In this document: positions 35,117 through 45,113 of the stretch, piece after piece
Layout: each line of letters starts with the position of its first letter
Numbering within the stretch: position 1 is the stretch's first letter
From: Rebecca billardiae RCC1528
Lineage: Eukaryota; Protista; Haptophyta
Length of the DNA: 64,000 bases
NCBI GenBank assembly: GCA_965240325.2
Contig: OZ251239.1
Span: 682,001 to 746,000, forward strand
Direction: 5' to 3'
Position numbers and translations under genes: made by a program
The notes under the pieces: model-generated
The model's input: only the letters and a program-made list of their open reading frames with translations
What the model was told of the DNA's origin: nothing
The model's database searches: none

Positions 35117-35594
35117 TGTAATGTGCTGCGACAGCGCTGAGTCTCATGCAGTCTCGGCGCAGTGAGCAGATGATGTGATGCGCGGTCGCATCGATATCAT
35201 ATGCGCGCACCTATATGCTCGCCACATAAGTGATGATGCTGTGCGCTGTGATGACTCAGTAGACTGCTGCGCCTATATATATATACTACTTATATATTAC
35301 GACGACTGCTTTCTAATCGTCATAAGGCGGCGGTCTGCTGCTGTGGATTGTGACTGTGGCCGTGCATGCAGGAGTGAGTGACGACGCGACGTGACGATGC
35401 ACATGGCGCCTGCTCCATGGCGCTCTCGTCGCGGCCAGTCTTCGTCATGCTGACGACGCAGCAGTCAGCACGGCTAGCTCGCTAGTAGTAGCGGGAAGAC
35501 GTGATGACTCGTCAGAAGGTTTGCGGACGAAGAGCGACGCTCTCGGCGGCGGGTAGTTGTCGCGACTGTGTTGCGCGCCCAGGGCGCATCGTCC

Positions 35595-38576
35595 TCACGG
35601 CATGCGAGGAGACTGGAAAGAGCTGAGCGCAAGTTGCATCATCTTCTGCCCGGCATCGTCGTTTGCGCCACCCGCAGCGACGACGCTGCGAGCATCGGCC
35701 TTGGCGGCAGCGTTGTTGCTGTGGTTGCCAGCAGCAGCGCGCTTGCCCGTCGAGTGCTGAGCCACGCGGCGAAGATCACAGACCTCGGGGTCTAGCTGCC
35801 GCCGCGGCGGCTGCAGACGCGGCTGCGGCTGCTGCTGCGGCGGCGGCGGTGGCTGCGGTGTCTGTGGCTGCAGCTGGGGCTGTGGCTGCGACTGCGGCTG
35901 CGGCACCGGCACCGGCAGCGCCCGCGCCTGCGCCTGCGCTCGCCACGGCTGCTGTGGCTGCTGCATCGGCTGTGGTTGCGGCTGCGGCTGCGGCTGCTGC
36001 GTCTTCGGCTTCGGCTGCGGCATGGACTGCGTCGGCGGCAGCGGACGAGCCTGCGGCGGAGGCCGCTGCAGCTGGGCCTGCTGCAGCCGCAGCGGCGGCC
36101 GCTGCCACTCGTCGTCAGCGGGCTCGGACGCGCGCGGCGCGCGCACCTGCGCGGCGGCGCCCGCGCCCAAAGCATCATGCGCGGGGCCGGCTCGGGCCTT
36201 CTTGGCGGCTGGTGTCGCGAGCTCAGCGTCGCCTGCGGCACGGGGTGCGGAGGTGTTGGCGACGAGCGCCTCGGGGATGGCGCTGAGCAGCCGCGACGGC
36301 CTCTCGGCGCAGACGAACGTGAGCGACTTGCGCGCGCGCGTCATCGCGACGTAAGCGAGCCTCACCTCCTCGGCCGCATGCTGCCGCGCCTCGCGCTCGT
36401 CCGCGCCCGGCCGCGGCGGCAGCGGCATCACGCCCTCGTCGCAGTGGATGAGCACGACGTGGTCCCACTCGCGGCCCTTGGCGGCGTGGATGGTCGTGAC
36501 GAGCAGCTCGGAGATGCGCGCGTCGGCGCTCGAGCGCGCGGCGGCCGCAGCGGGCGGCGCGCCGCTGGGCGGGGCGAGCACGGCCTCGCCAGACGCCTCG
36601 GCCGCGCGCAGGTCGGCGACCAGCCGCTCGAGCGAGCGGCGTGCGCGCGTGTCCGCGCTCGGTGGCGCCACGAGGCGCTGCGCCTCGGTGGTGCGCGAAG
36701 GGTCGAAGTCGTCGTACTCGGCAGCCACGCGACGCATCCAATCGAGGGCGGGCGCGGACGCAGGCGCTGGCGACTCGGCGCCGCCGCCGGGCGCGGCACA
36801 GCCGCCAAACGGCTGCGGCGTGCTCAGCGCCTGGAGCGCGCTGACGCGGCCGCCATCCGCGCCGGCGCCGTGCTGCGCGCCGCCGGTGCGCTGGAGGTGG
36901 CTTTCAAAGTCGACGCGCGCGAGCAGCAGCTCGAGCACGTGGCTCGGCGGCTGGCCCGCGCAAGCGGCCTGCTCGAGCGCCCGGACTGCCTGCACGAGCT
37001 GCGTGAGCCCGCGCGCGGCCGCGCCGTTGAAGCTGAGCTTGGCGGTCGCGCCGCCGCCGGCCGCGCCTTGCAGCGTGGGGAAGCCGCGCGCGACGAGCGA
37101 CTCGCACATGCCGAAGAGCGAGCGCGGTCGGGGCGCGAGCGTTTTGCGGTCCACCTCGCACACCAGCTCGTGCGCTCGCTCGAGGTAGCCCACCGCCTTG
37201 GGGCCGATGCTGCGCGCGGGCACGTTGAGAATGCGGCGGAAGATTTCGTCATTGCGCATGTCGGTGGGGCCGAGCGCAAGCTCCAGGTAGTCGACGAGCG
37301 GGCGGAGCGCGTCGCGCTCGTGCACGTCGAAGCTCGCGCCGGTTGTTGGCAGCTGGTACTGCCGCTGCAGCTCGGCGCGCATCGCGTCCGCCGGGCGGTT
37401 CAGCCGGCAGAGCACCGCGATGTCGCCGAGCCGCGCGCCGCGCGCATGCAGCTCGCGCGTGTGCGCGGCGACGAGCGTGTACTCCTCGGCCTCGCTCTGC
37501 GCGCGCAGGATGCGCACGGCGGGCGCGGCCGCGGCGAGGCTCGGGCTCGGGCCGCACACGAAGCCGCTGCCGCCCGCGCCCGCGCCCTCGGGGAGCAGCT
37601 TGAGCACGGCATTCGCCGCATGCACGACCGCGGCCGGGCAGCGAAACGTGTCGCTCAGCTGCAGACGAACCGGCTGCCGCGGGTGCAGCGCGTGCTCGAG
37701 CGAGGCGAACGCGTCGAGCTCTGCGCCGCGCCACGAGTAGATCGACTGGTTCAGATCACCCACGGCGACGACCGAGCTCAGCGCAGGTAGCAGCGCGCGC
37801 ACGAGAGCGAGCTGCGCGGGGTTGACGTCTTGCAGCTCGTCGAGCAGCAGGTGGTACGCACCGGGCGGCTCGGCCGCGTCGAGGCAGCGGTCGAGCTCGG
37901 CGCGGACGTGGCCGTGGCCGACCTCCGCGAGCAGCTGCGTCGCGTCAAGCACGAGGTCGGCGAAGTCGCGCTGCCGCCCGCCCATCCGCCCGCGCTTGCG
38001 CAGCTCGTACTGCGCGGCGACGTCGAGCGCCCACTGCGTCGCGCGCACGCGAGGCGCGCCCGACTTGTGCATCTCAATGATGTGCACGAGCGACTTTAGC
38101 TCGTCGGGGCTGAGCCGCGGCCCCTGCGCGGCCGAGCCGCCGCCCGACCGTGGCACGGACGCCGCGACCTCGGCCACGAACTCGTGCAGCTCGCGGCCGG
38201 TTAGGAGGCTGGACGAGAAGTTCCGTTCGAGCCGGCCCGAGCGCGAGAGCAGTCGGGCACCGAGCGCGTGAAAGGTGAAGACGTGGCACGCCATGGCGAT
38301 CTCGCGCCCGACAAGCTGCTCGAGCCGGCGCTCGAGGTCCTTGCGCGCCTTCACCGAGAACGTGAGCATGACGATCCCGTACGGCTGCGCGCGCTGCGCC
38401 TCGATCAGCCAGCGCACGCGCGCGCAGAGAGTCGTCGACTTGCCCGCGCCGGGGCACGCGGAGACGAAGATGTGCTGTGCGCGGCTGAGGACCACGTTCT
38501 GCTGCGCGATCGTGAGGCTGACGGGCGCGAGCGGCGCCGGCATAGTGGTCATCGCGCTCGCGGTCTGCTGCTGCAT
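35595..38576 (-). CDS. UvrD/PcrA/Srs2-type SF1 DNA helicase with P/Q-rich tail
   Basis: ACPGAGKS, LTFS, TFHA, DELQD, VGDLNQSIYSWRGA, TIHAAKGREWD, EEVRLAYVAMTRA. The 3' end is less certain. Confidence 0.9.
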   Translation of the reverse strand: MQQQTASAMTTMPAPLAPVSLTIAQQNVVLSRAQHIFVSACPGAGKSTTLCARVRWLIEAQRAQPYGIVMLTFSVKARKDLERRLEQLVGREIAMACHVFTFHALGARLLSRSGRLERNFSSSLLTGRELHEFVAEVAASVPRSGGGSAAQGPRLSPDELKSLVHIIEMHKSGAPRVRATQWALDVAAQYELRKRGRMGGRQRDFADLVLDATQLLAEVGHGHVRAELDRCLDAAEPPGAYHLLLDELQDVNPAQLALVRALLPALSSVVAVGDLNQSIYSWRGAELDAFASLEHALHPRQPVRLQLSDTFRCPAAVVHAANAVLKLLPEGAGAGGSGFVCGPSPSLAAAAPAVRILRAQSEAEEYTLVAAHTRELHARGARLGDIAVLCRLNRPADAMRAELQRQYQLPTTGASFDVHERDALRPLVDYLELALGPTDMRNDEIFRRILNVPARSIGPKAVGYLERAHELVCEVDRKTLAPRPRSLFGMCESLVARGFPTLQGAAGGGATAKLSFNGAAARGLTQLVQAVRALEQAACAGQPPSHVLELLLARVDFESHLQRTGGAQHGAGADGGRVSALQALSTPQPFGGCAAPGGGAESPAPASAPALDWMRRVAAEYDDFDPSRTTEAQRLVAPPSADTRARRSLERLVADLRAAEASGEAVLAPPSGAPPAAAAARSSADARISELLVTTIHAAKGREWDHVVLIHCDEGVMPLPPRPGADEREARQHAAEEVRLAYVAMTRARKSLTFVCAERPSRLLSAIPEALVANTSAPRAAGDAELATPAAKKARAGPAHDALGAGAAAQVRAPRASEPADDEWQRPPLRLQQAQLQRPPPQARPLPPTQSMPQPKPKTQQPQPQPQPQPMQQPQQPWRAQAQARALPVPVPQPQSQPQPQLQPQTPQPPPPPQQQPQPRLQPPRRQLDPEVCDLRRVAQHSTGKRAAAGNHSNNAAAKADARSVVAAGGANDDAGQKMMQLALSSFQSPRMP

Positions 38577-38829
38577 GCACACCGCAGCAAACGTGAGGCG
38601 TCCGCCAGCGGCGCTCAAGCTCAGTAGCTCACCCGCGCGCGTCCGGTTGGGAAAAGCCCCGGACTCACTCAGCACCTAAATATAACGTTTATTATGGGCG
38701 ATCTCGGGAGTTTTCGGTCGAAAAGTTTGAGTGCCCGCCAAGTGATTTGGATCAGGGAGGTTGAGCTGGGCCGCTCGCAGCGGGCGGGCGCACGCGCGAA
38801 TCGAAGCGGGCGCGGTGGCCCCGGCGCGG

Positions 38830-39313
38830 ATGACGACGGTGGCCGACGCCACCGCGAAGACGGGTCCGCTCCCTCCCGTGCGTGCGCCAGCCACCGCGAG
38901 CTTGATGCGCCGCTTGCCTCCGGCAGAGGCGCTGCGCACGCGGCAACACGAGCTGCAGAGCACGCCCGCAGTGGGTGCGCCGGCGATGGCGAAGAAGGTG
39001 CAGCCACGCGCACGGCCGCTCGCGCCGCTCGGATCGTCCACATCAATGTCCTCCATACCGCAGCGCCAGTCGCGCACGGGCTCGCCGACCAAGCTCGCCA
39101 CGCCAGCGGGCCCTGGGCACAAGGCGGCGGCCGCCGCCAAGCAGGCGGCCACACAGAGCGCGCCCGCATCCGTCGGCGCCTCGCGCGCGAGCTCTGGCGG
39201 CAAGGCCGTCGAGCGGCGCGAGAGCGCCAATGCGCGCCCCAAGGGCGCCGAGCGGCGCGACAGCGCCGACGAGCGGCCTAGGGGCGCCGAGCGGCGCGGC
39301 AGCGCCGACGAGC

Positions 39314-39350
<37 letters not shown>

Positions 39351-40476
39351 GGGCCGGAGCGCCAGCCCCGGGCTGCAGCTGGGCAAGGTGCTGGACGAGG
39401 GCGCGCACGCCAAGGTGTACGAGGCGACGTACGCGGGCCTCGGCGCGTGCGCGGCCAAGGTGATCCAGAAGCGCTCGCTCGCGCCCGCCGAGCTCGCGTG
39501 GGTGCGAGATGAGGTCGAGATACATAGGCGGCTGCAGCATCCACACATAGTGCGGCTGCACGCGGCGCTGGAGGGGCCGCGCACGTTCACGCTGGTGATG
39601 AGCCTGTGCGAGGGCGGCTCGCTGCGCCAGCTGATGGACGCGGTGCTCGGCGCGGGCCACTCGCTCGGCGAGCACGTCAGCAGGCTCTACTTCCGCCAGC
39701 TGATCGGAGCGCTCCACTACTGCCACAGGCATGGAGTCGTGCATAGGGATGTCAAGCTGGACAACCTGGCGTTCGCGGACGGGCGGCGCACGACCGTGAT
39801 GGTGCTCGACCTGGGGTACGCGGCGCAGAGCAACGAGCTGAGCGGCTTCGTCGGCTCCGCGCACTTCGCCGCGCCCGAGGTGCACAAGGCGCGGCTGCGC
39901 CCGAAGAGTTACTCATATGTGGGTACGCCCACGGACGTGTGGTCGGCCGGTGTCGTCCTGTTCTCGATGCTCGCGACTTCGCTGCCGTTCAACGGGGAGG
40001 AGGAATCGCCGAAGCTGCGCGAGAAGGTGCTGCGCGGCGCGTGGGACAAGCAGCCGAGCGGCTGCTCGGCCGAGGCCCTCGACCTGCTCAACGGCCTGCT
40101 CTGCGTCAACCCCGCGCGCCGGCTCACGCTCGACGACGTGTGTGAACACCCGTGGGTCCTCGGCGAGGATGGCGCGCCGTCGCCGTCGCCGCCGCTGAGC
40201 CCGGGCAGCACGGCGAGCGGCGCGCGTGCCGACGGCGGCGAGGCGGAGGCAGAGGGGCAGCCGCGCGCGGACGCGGCCGGCGGGGCCGACGGCGCGCCCA
40301 GCCAGCAGCGCGCGGCCCCGCGCGCGGACGCTCCGGCCGGCAGCCACCACGGCGGCGCGCGAGCCACGCCGGAGGCCGCGGCGCGCGCGGCGCCGCCGCC
40401 GAGCCCAACCGTGCCCGCGAGGCGACGACGAGCGAGCGTGATCCCGTGGCGCGGCTTCAACGACGTGGACGAGTGA
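38830..40476 (+). CDS. Ser/Thr protein kinase, CAMK/SNF1-like
   Basis: AAKVI, EVEIH, HRDVKLDN, DLG, GSAHFAAPE, DVWSAGVVLFSML. First in-frame ATG at 38830. Confidence 0.9.
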
Positions 40477-41120
40477 CGAGAGGCGGGGGCGGACGGTGGT
40501 GCGATGGCGGCACGCGCGTGCCAGCTGGCGCGGACGGGCGGCGCGCTCGACTCCGAGAGCTGCTCGCCGTCGCCGGCCCGCCGGTGGCGAGCGGCTGGCT
40601 GCGGCAGTCGCACGGGTGCTCACATGCGTCACAGCCAGCTTCGGGCAGACTTGAGCCCGCGGCCGACTCCGGATTCGGGTGCCGCGGCGGCTGGCAGGGC
40701 TGTCGAGCAGTCGCGGCCACGCGGGCGCACAGCTCACAACTAGGCCCTCGCCGTCGGCGTCGGCGACCCGTGTCCGTGACGCGACGGCGTCGCACGGCAC
40801 GGCAGGGTGGTCCAAGCACTCAAGCAGGCGGAAGTCCGGCCGAAGGCCAACTGAACTTGCCGGCGGAGCCGGCGCCGCTCTCAACTCTACGGATGAGCCC
40901 TACCCCTCAGTCAATGCAGTGCCAGTGAGCCAGTGCTCGACGGAGTCATCATCTCGACCGTAGCGGGCGTAGCCTAGCACAGCTCACTCACAAATTGATA
41001 TGCATGACATTGGAGACAGTCATGCGCCTTCTGTGTCTTTCATTAATCCTAGCTGTTCTCAAGACTACAAGCTCGCTGTGCTCGCATGCATTTTCCGCCG
41101 CAATTTTGAGTGATCGATGG

Positions 41121-42665
41121 ATGGTGGCGACCCTCGCCGAGCGGCCGCCGAGCCGGGTCGCCGCGCGGCTCACGCGCGGCTTGGGGATGGCCGTCGTCCT
41201 CCTGACGACGGCCATTCCCAAGCCGCAGCGCGTGGCGGCGCGGAAGCCAGGCCTAATACACAGGCAGATCGAGGTCCGGTGGCGCCCCGGCGCGCGCCTG
41301 TCGGCGCTCGGCGACGACGCAGTCGTGCACGTCCTGGACAGCTGCCAGCAGGCGAGCGCGTTTGCGGCGTCGCTGCCCACGCCCGCGAGCGGCGCGGAGG
41401 CGTGGGCGCCCTGGCGTGAGTACGTGCGCACGCTCTACGGCGCGCACGCCGTCGGCCGCGTCAACGTCTCTCGCTTCTCTGTGTTCCACTCGCTGGTTGT
41501 GCGGCGGAGCAACGAGACGTTGCGCGACGGCGTGGACGGGAGGCCTGCGCTGGTGTGCGCGCACGGCCGGCTGTTCTTCTCGAACGCGCCGCACATCTCG
41601 TCCAACCCAATCCGTTTCTCGGCGCTCATGCACCCGATCCGGCCGGGCGGCCGCTGGACGAAGAAGCTCCCAATGTGGGAACGCGTCGCGCTGCTGCCGC
41701 CGAGCGGCGAGCGCGTCGAAGTTCTCCACGAGTGGCCTCGGGTGTTCCCGGAGGGGATGGGGTACGGCTGCTGGGCGTACGCGGTGCGCGGCTCGGGCGT
41801 GCACCTCGGCCTCGGCCGCACCGCCGCCATGTCGCGCGCCGCCGCCATCGAGCGGTTCTGCCGCGCGGCGGCAGACGTCGACGCGACGACGGGCATGCCT
41901 GTCAACGTCACGCGGACACGCTCGCTGCACCCCGGGCACCTGAAGCACTTCTGCGCGTGGGTGCCGCCCGCGTCGCAGCTGGGCACGGTGCCCGCGCTCT
42001 CGCTCGGCGAGTGCGAGACCACGCGCTCGAGCGAGGCCTTCCTCAACGCGTCCGCGTCGTGCCGCGCGCGCCCCGGCGCCGCAGAGAAGCTCGCCCGCCT
42101 GCGCGGCGCCGCCGACGGCCGGGTCTTCTGCGTGCCGGCGAAGGACGGGCTGATCGCCATCGGCGCTCGCGCGGCGGGGCTGGACAGCGTGCAGCTCTCG
42201 TCGGTGGTCGGGAGGGCGGTGGTGGAGATCGTGCTCACGCACGACGCGTGCATCTTCGCGCAGGCGCCGCTGAAGGCGTGCCTGCCCACTGCAGCACTGG
42301 GCGTGCTCGGAGGGTACAGCGGCGCGCACACGCCGTGCACGTGCGAGGCCGAGCAGAGCGAGCGCGCGCGCGCCGCGGCGCGGGCGCCCCCTCGGCACGC
42401 GCGCGAGGCCACCGCCTCGCGCTCCGTGATGCCGCACCTGCGCGCGCCTGCCGACGACGTGCGCAACAGCAGCACAGAACAGCCGACTGCTGTCACACTC
42501 ACCGGCGCGGGCGCGGCGCTCAAGCAGGCTGCGCTCCGCTTGAGCGGCTTGAGGCCGCGCGACGCTGCCGCGAGGCGTGCTCTGGTGCTGCGCGAAGCAA
42601 TGCACTGCGCGGTCGACCAGTCGTCCGATGCAGACACTACCGCCGCTCACTCGTCGTCGTCGTAG
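41121..42665 (+). CDS. Uncharacterised Cys-rich protein, paralogue 1 of tandem pair
   Basis: Long ORF sharing ordered motifs with 43301-44839. Start uncertain; the ORF opens at 40995. Confidence 0.75.
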   Translation: MVATLAERPPSRVAARLTRGLGMAVVLLTTAIPKPQRVAARKPGLIHRQIEVRWRPGARLSALGDDAVVHVLDSCQQASAFAASLPTPASGAEAWAPWREYVRTLYGAHAVGRVNVSRFSVFHSLVVRRSNETLRDGVDGRPALVCAHGRLFFSNAPHISSNPIRFSALMHPIRPGGRWTKKLPMWERVALLPPSGERVEVLHEWPRVFPEGMGYGCWAYAVRGSGVHLGLGRTAAMSRAAAIERFCRAAADVDATTGMPVNVTRTRSLHPGHLKHFCAWVPPASQLGTVPALSLGECETTRSSEAFLNASASCRARPGAAEKLARLRGAADGRVFCVPAKDGLIAIGARAAGLDSVQLSSVVGRAVVEIVLTHDACIFAQAPLKACLPTAALGVLGGYSGAHTPCTCEAEQSERARAAARAPPRHAREATASRSVMPHLRAPADDVRNSSTEQPTAVTLTGAGAALKQAALRLSGLRPRDAAARRALVLREAMHCAVDQSSDADTTAAHSSSS

Positions 42666-43300
42666 AGGCGGCAGCATCAAGTGCTACTTGTCGTCTGCTA
42701 CTACTACTGTAGTTTCCGAATCGATGAATGATAATCAGCTCTGCTAGCATATTGTCATCTCTCTACTACAACGGCAGCAGGGGCCGCCGCCTGGCATCGA
42801 TCGCCTGCAGACTGCTATCCGATGATCACCTACTACCGTGCTGGAACGGTATACGACAGTACGACATCAGCGTAATAACGGCGGCGGCGCGGGTAATTTC
42901 AGCCGCCGGCATCATGCACGCAATACACTGCGCGGCTGCGTCTAATAATAATATCAGCAGGCTGCTGCGCATAGTTACGGGTGCTGTTGTCAAAGGACCA
43001 TCAAATACCGGCCCTGTTGTTCAGGCCCGGGCGGCGCGTCGTCGTTGTCATCTGGGGTATGCCCGTTGGCGTGGGCCCACGGCGTGACGCCACGCCGTTG
43101 ACGCGATGCCCACGACGACGATCCTCGCGGCTGTGTGCCGTCTCTTTTGCGCGGGCGCGGTCTCGGCGACGACGCGGCGTAGTGGGCGGCAGAGCTGCGC
43201 TGCCGGTATGATGGCGTCGTCCAACTGCGAAGGCGGCGACGGGATTCACGTCATTCACGGCGCTGCTCGCTCGCCGCGTCGTCGTCGTCCCCTGCTGACG

Positions 43301-44839
43301 ATGTATGATGCGATGACGAGCACACTCGTGCTCGCGTGTGCGTGCGCCTGGCTGAGCGCGACGGCGACGGGGCTGGCGCTCGCGCCACCGGCTTGCGCGT
43401 GCTTCAGCTTCTGCAACATGTCGGAGACAGCGCACGCGTTTGCGACGCTTCCGATCGTGCGCACGCGCGCGTCGCCCTGGTATCCTGTGCTCCACAGCGT
43501 GTACAACGGCTCGGTGCCGCTCCCATTCGATATGGCGACGATGGGCGCGCTGCTGCTGCCGACAACAGCCGCGCTTGGCGCGCTGCGCGTGCCATGGTCC
43601 ACCCGCTGCGCGCGCGCCACGCGCGGCGGTCCCAAGTACGGCGCGACGCCGCGCTGCAAGTCGGACGCGTGCGTGCGGCTCGGCTGGTACGATGGCGGCC
43701 GGGCGAGGCACGCCGAGCGAGTTCTCGCGGTGCCGCAGCGCGTGGCGCAGTACGGCGAGGATCCGCACCTCCTGCACTCCGGTCAGGCCAAGCTCCCCGC
43801 CGCCGCCGCCGCCAACGGCTCGTCAGCAGGCCCGCCCGCCGCCGTGCTTGGCAGCATGGCATTCTACGGGAACGCCAACGTTGGCGCGCGTCGCAACAAA
43901 CGGGATCGCATGCTGCAGCCGTACGCGATGCTGCGGTGGGACACGTCGCGGGGGCGCTTGCGCCACGCCGTGCCGAGCGGCACCTGGGTCGAGGTGCTCC
44001 GCCAGTCGATTGCGCTGCCGGAGGGCATCGCTTATGGCTGCTGGTTCTGGCTGCTATTACCGCCGTACCCACACGGGACTGGCACCTTTGTGAACGTGGG
44101 CCGGACGCTCGCCTTTCACGGCCGGTCCCAAGCGTCGAGGTTCTGCGCCGCCAGGGGGTATCGCCGCATGTACCGCTACCCGCCCGAGCTCGGCAGCACG
44201 CCCGAGGCCATCCGCATGCCGGCGGTCACCGGCAAGCACAATCACACGGCATACGACCAGCTCGGCCGGCAGAACGACAACGTGCTCGGCATCTGCGCGC
44301 GCGGCCTCGGATTCGACTCGGTGCAGATCGTAGTAGGGCTGGAGGGGAGCTCCGAGCTGGTCATGGCGCCACCCGAGTGCACGATCCCCGGCCAGCGCGA
44401 GAAGCTGGGCACCTGCCCGCCCACGGCGGTCAAGCTGCGCACCGGTTGGGGCGGGACGCAGCCGTGCTACTGCGCCGAGGCGGTCGAGCTGGTTGCGCCT
44501 CACGCGAGTGACAGGAGGGCCGCCGCCGCACCCGCCGCGCTGAGCGCCCTACTCGTGAGGCGGCGGTGGTGGTGGGCCAATAAACCAGCGACGCTCCCGC
44601 TGGGCATGCTCAACTGCCTCGCGCCCGCGGCGGGCAAGCAGATGAAGGGCACAGTCGTGAGGATCGACGAAGGCGCTGAGGCCGCTGCAGCCGCCGCCGC
44701 CGCCGCATTGGAGTTGGGCGATGAGCAGCTCGGCGGCGACGACAGCAGCAGCAGCAGCATCGGCGGCCCGGCGCTGATGGGCGGACACCGGGCGCCAGCA
44801 CTTTCGCTCCTCAACACGGGGGCGGCAGAATCAGGCTGA
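43301..44839 (+). CDS. Uncharacterised, probably secreted Cys-rich protein, paralogue 2
   Basis: Signal-like MTSTLVLACACAWLSATATGLALA; motifs WVEVLR, PEGIAYGCWF, GTGTFVNVGRT, ARGLGFDSVQI, ELV, PCYC. Start uncertain; the ORF opens at 43106. Confidence 0.78.
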   Translation: MYDAMTSTLVLACACAWLSATATGLALAPPACACFSFCNMSETAHAFATLPIVRTRASPWYPVLHSVYNGSVPLPFDMATMGALLLPTTAALGALRVPWSTRCARATRGGPKYGATPRCKSDACVRLGWYDGGRARHAERVLAVPQRVAQYGEDPHLLHSGQAKLPAAAAANGSSAGPPAAVLGSMAFYGNANVGARRNKRDRMLQPYAMLRWDTSRGRLRHAVPSGTWVEVLRQSIALPEGIAYGCWFWLLLPPYPHGTGTFVNVGRTLAFHGRSQASRFCAARGYRRMYRYPPELGSTPEAIRMPAVTGKHNHTAYDQLGRQNDNVLGICARGLGFDSVQIVVGLEGSSELVMAPPECTIPGQREKLGTCPPTAVKLRTGWGGTQPCYCAEAVELVAPHASDRRAAAAPAALSALLVRRRWWWANKPATLPLGMLNCLAPAAGKQMKGTVVRIDEGAEAAAAAAAAALELGDEQLGGDDSSSSSIGGPALMGGHRAPALSLLNTGAAESG

Positions 44840-45113
44840 GGACGCGCAGACGGGCGGACGCCGATGCCTCGGGCGACTCCCGGCCCGTCGCCGCCGCGCT
44901 CTGCCACGGCGCGGAGCCCGTACGGCTGCATCATCATGCCAGACTCAGAGGACTTCGTGGCGGCGTGTCACGATGACGAACTCGTCGGCACTCAACTCTC
45001 AAGATGAGTCATCGTCATCAGACACTACATCATATCATCATCAGCATCATGCATCGCGCGTCGTCATCGCGTCTACTTATACTGCACGCGCTATACTATA
45101 TATATGTATACAT

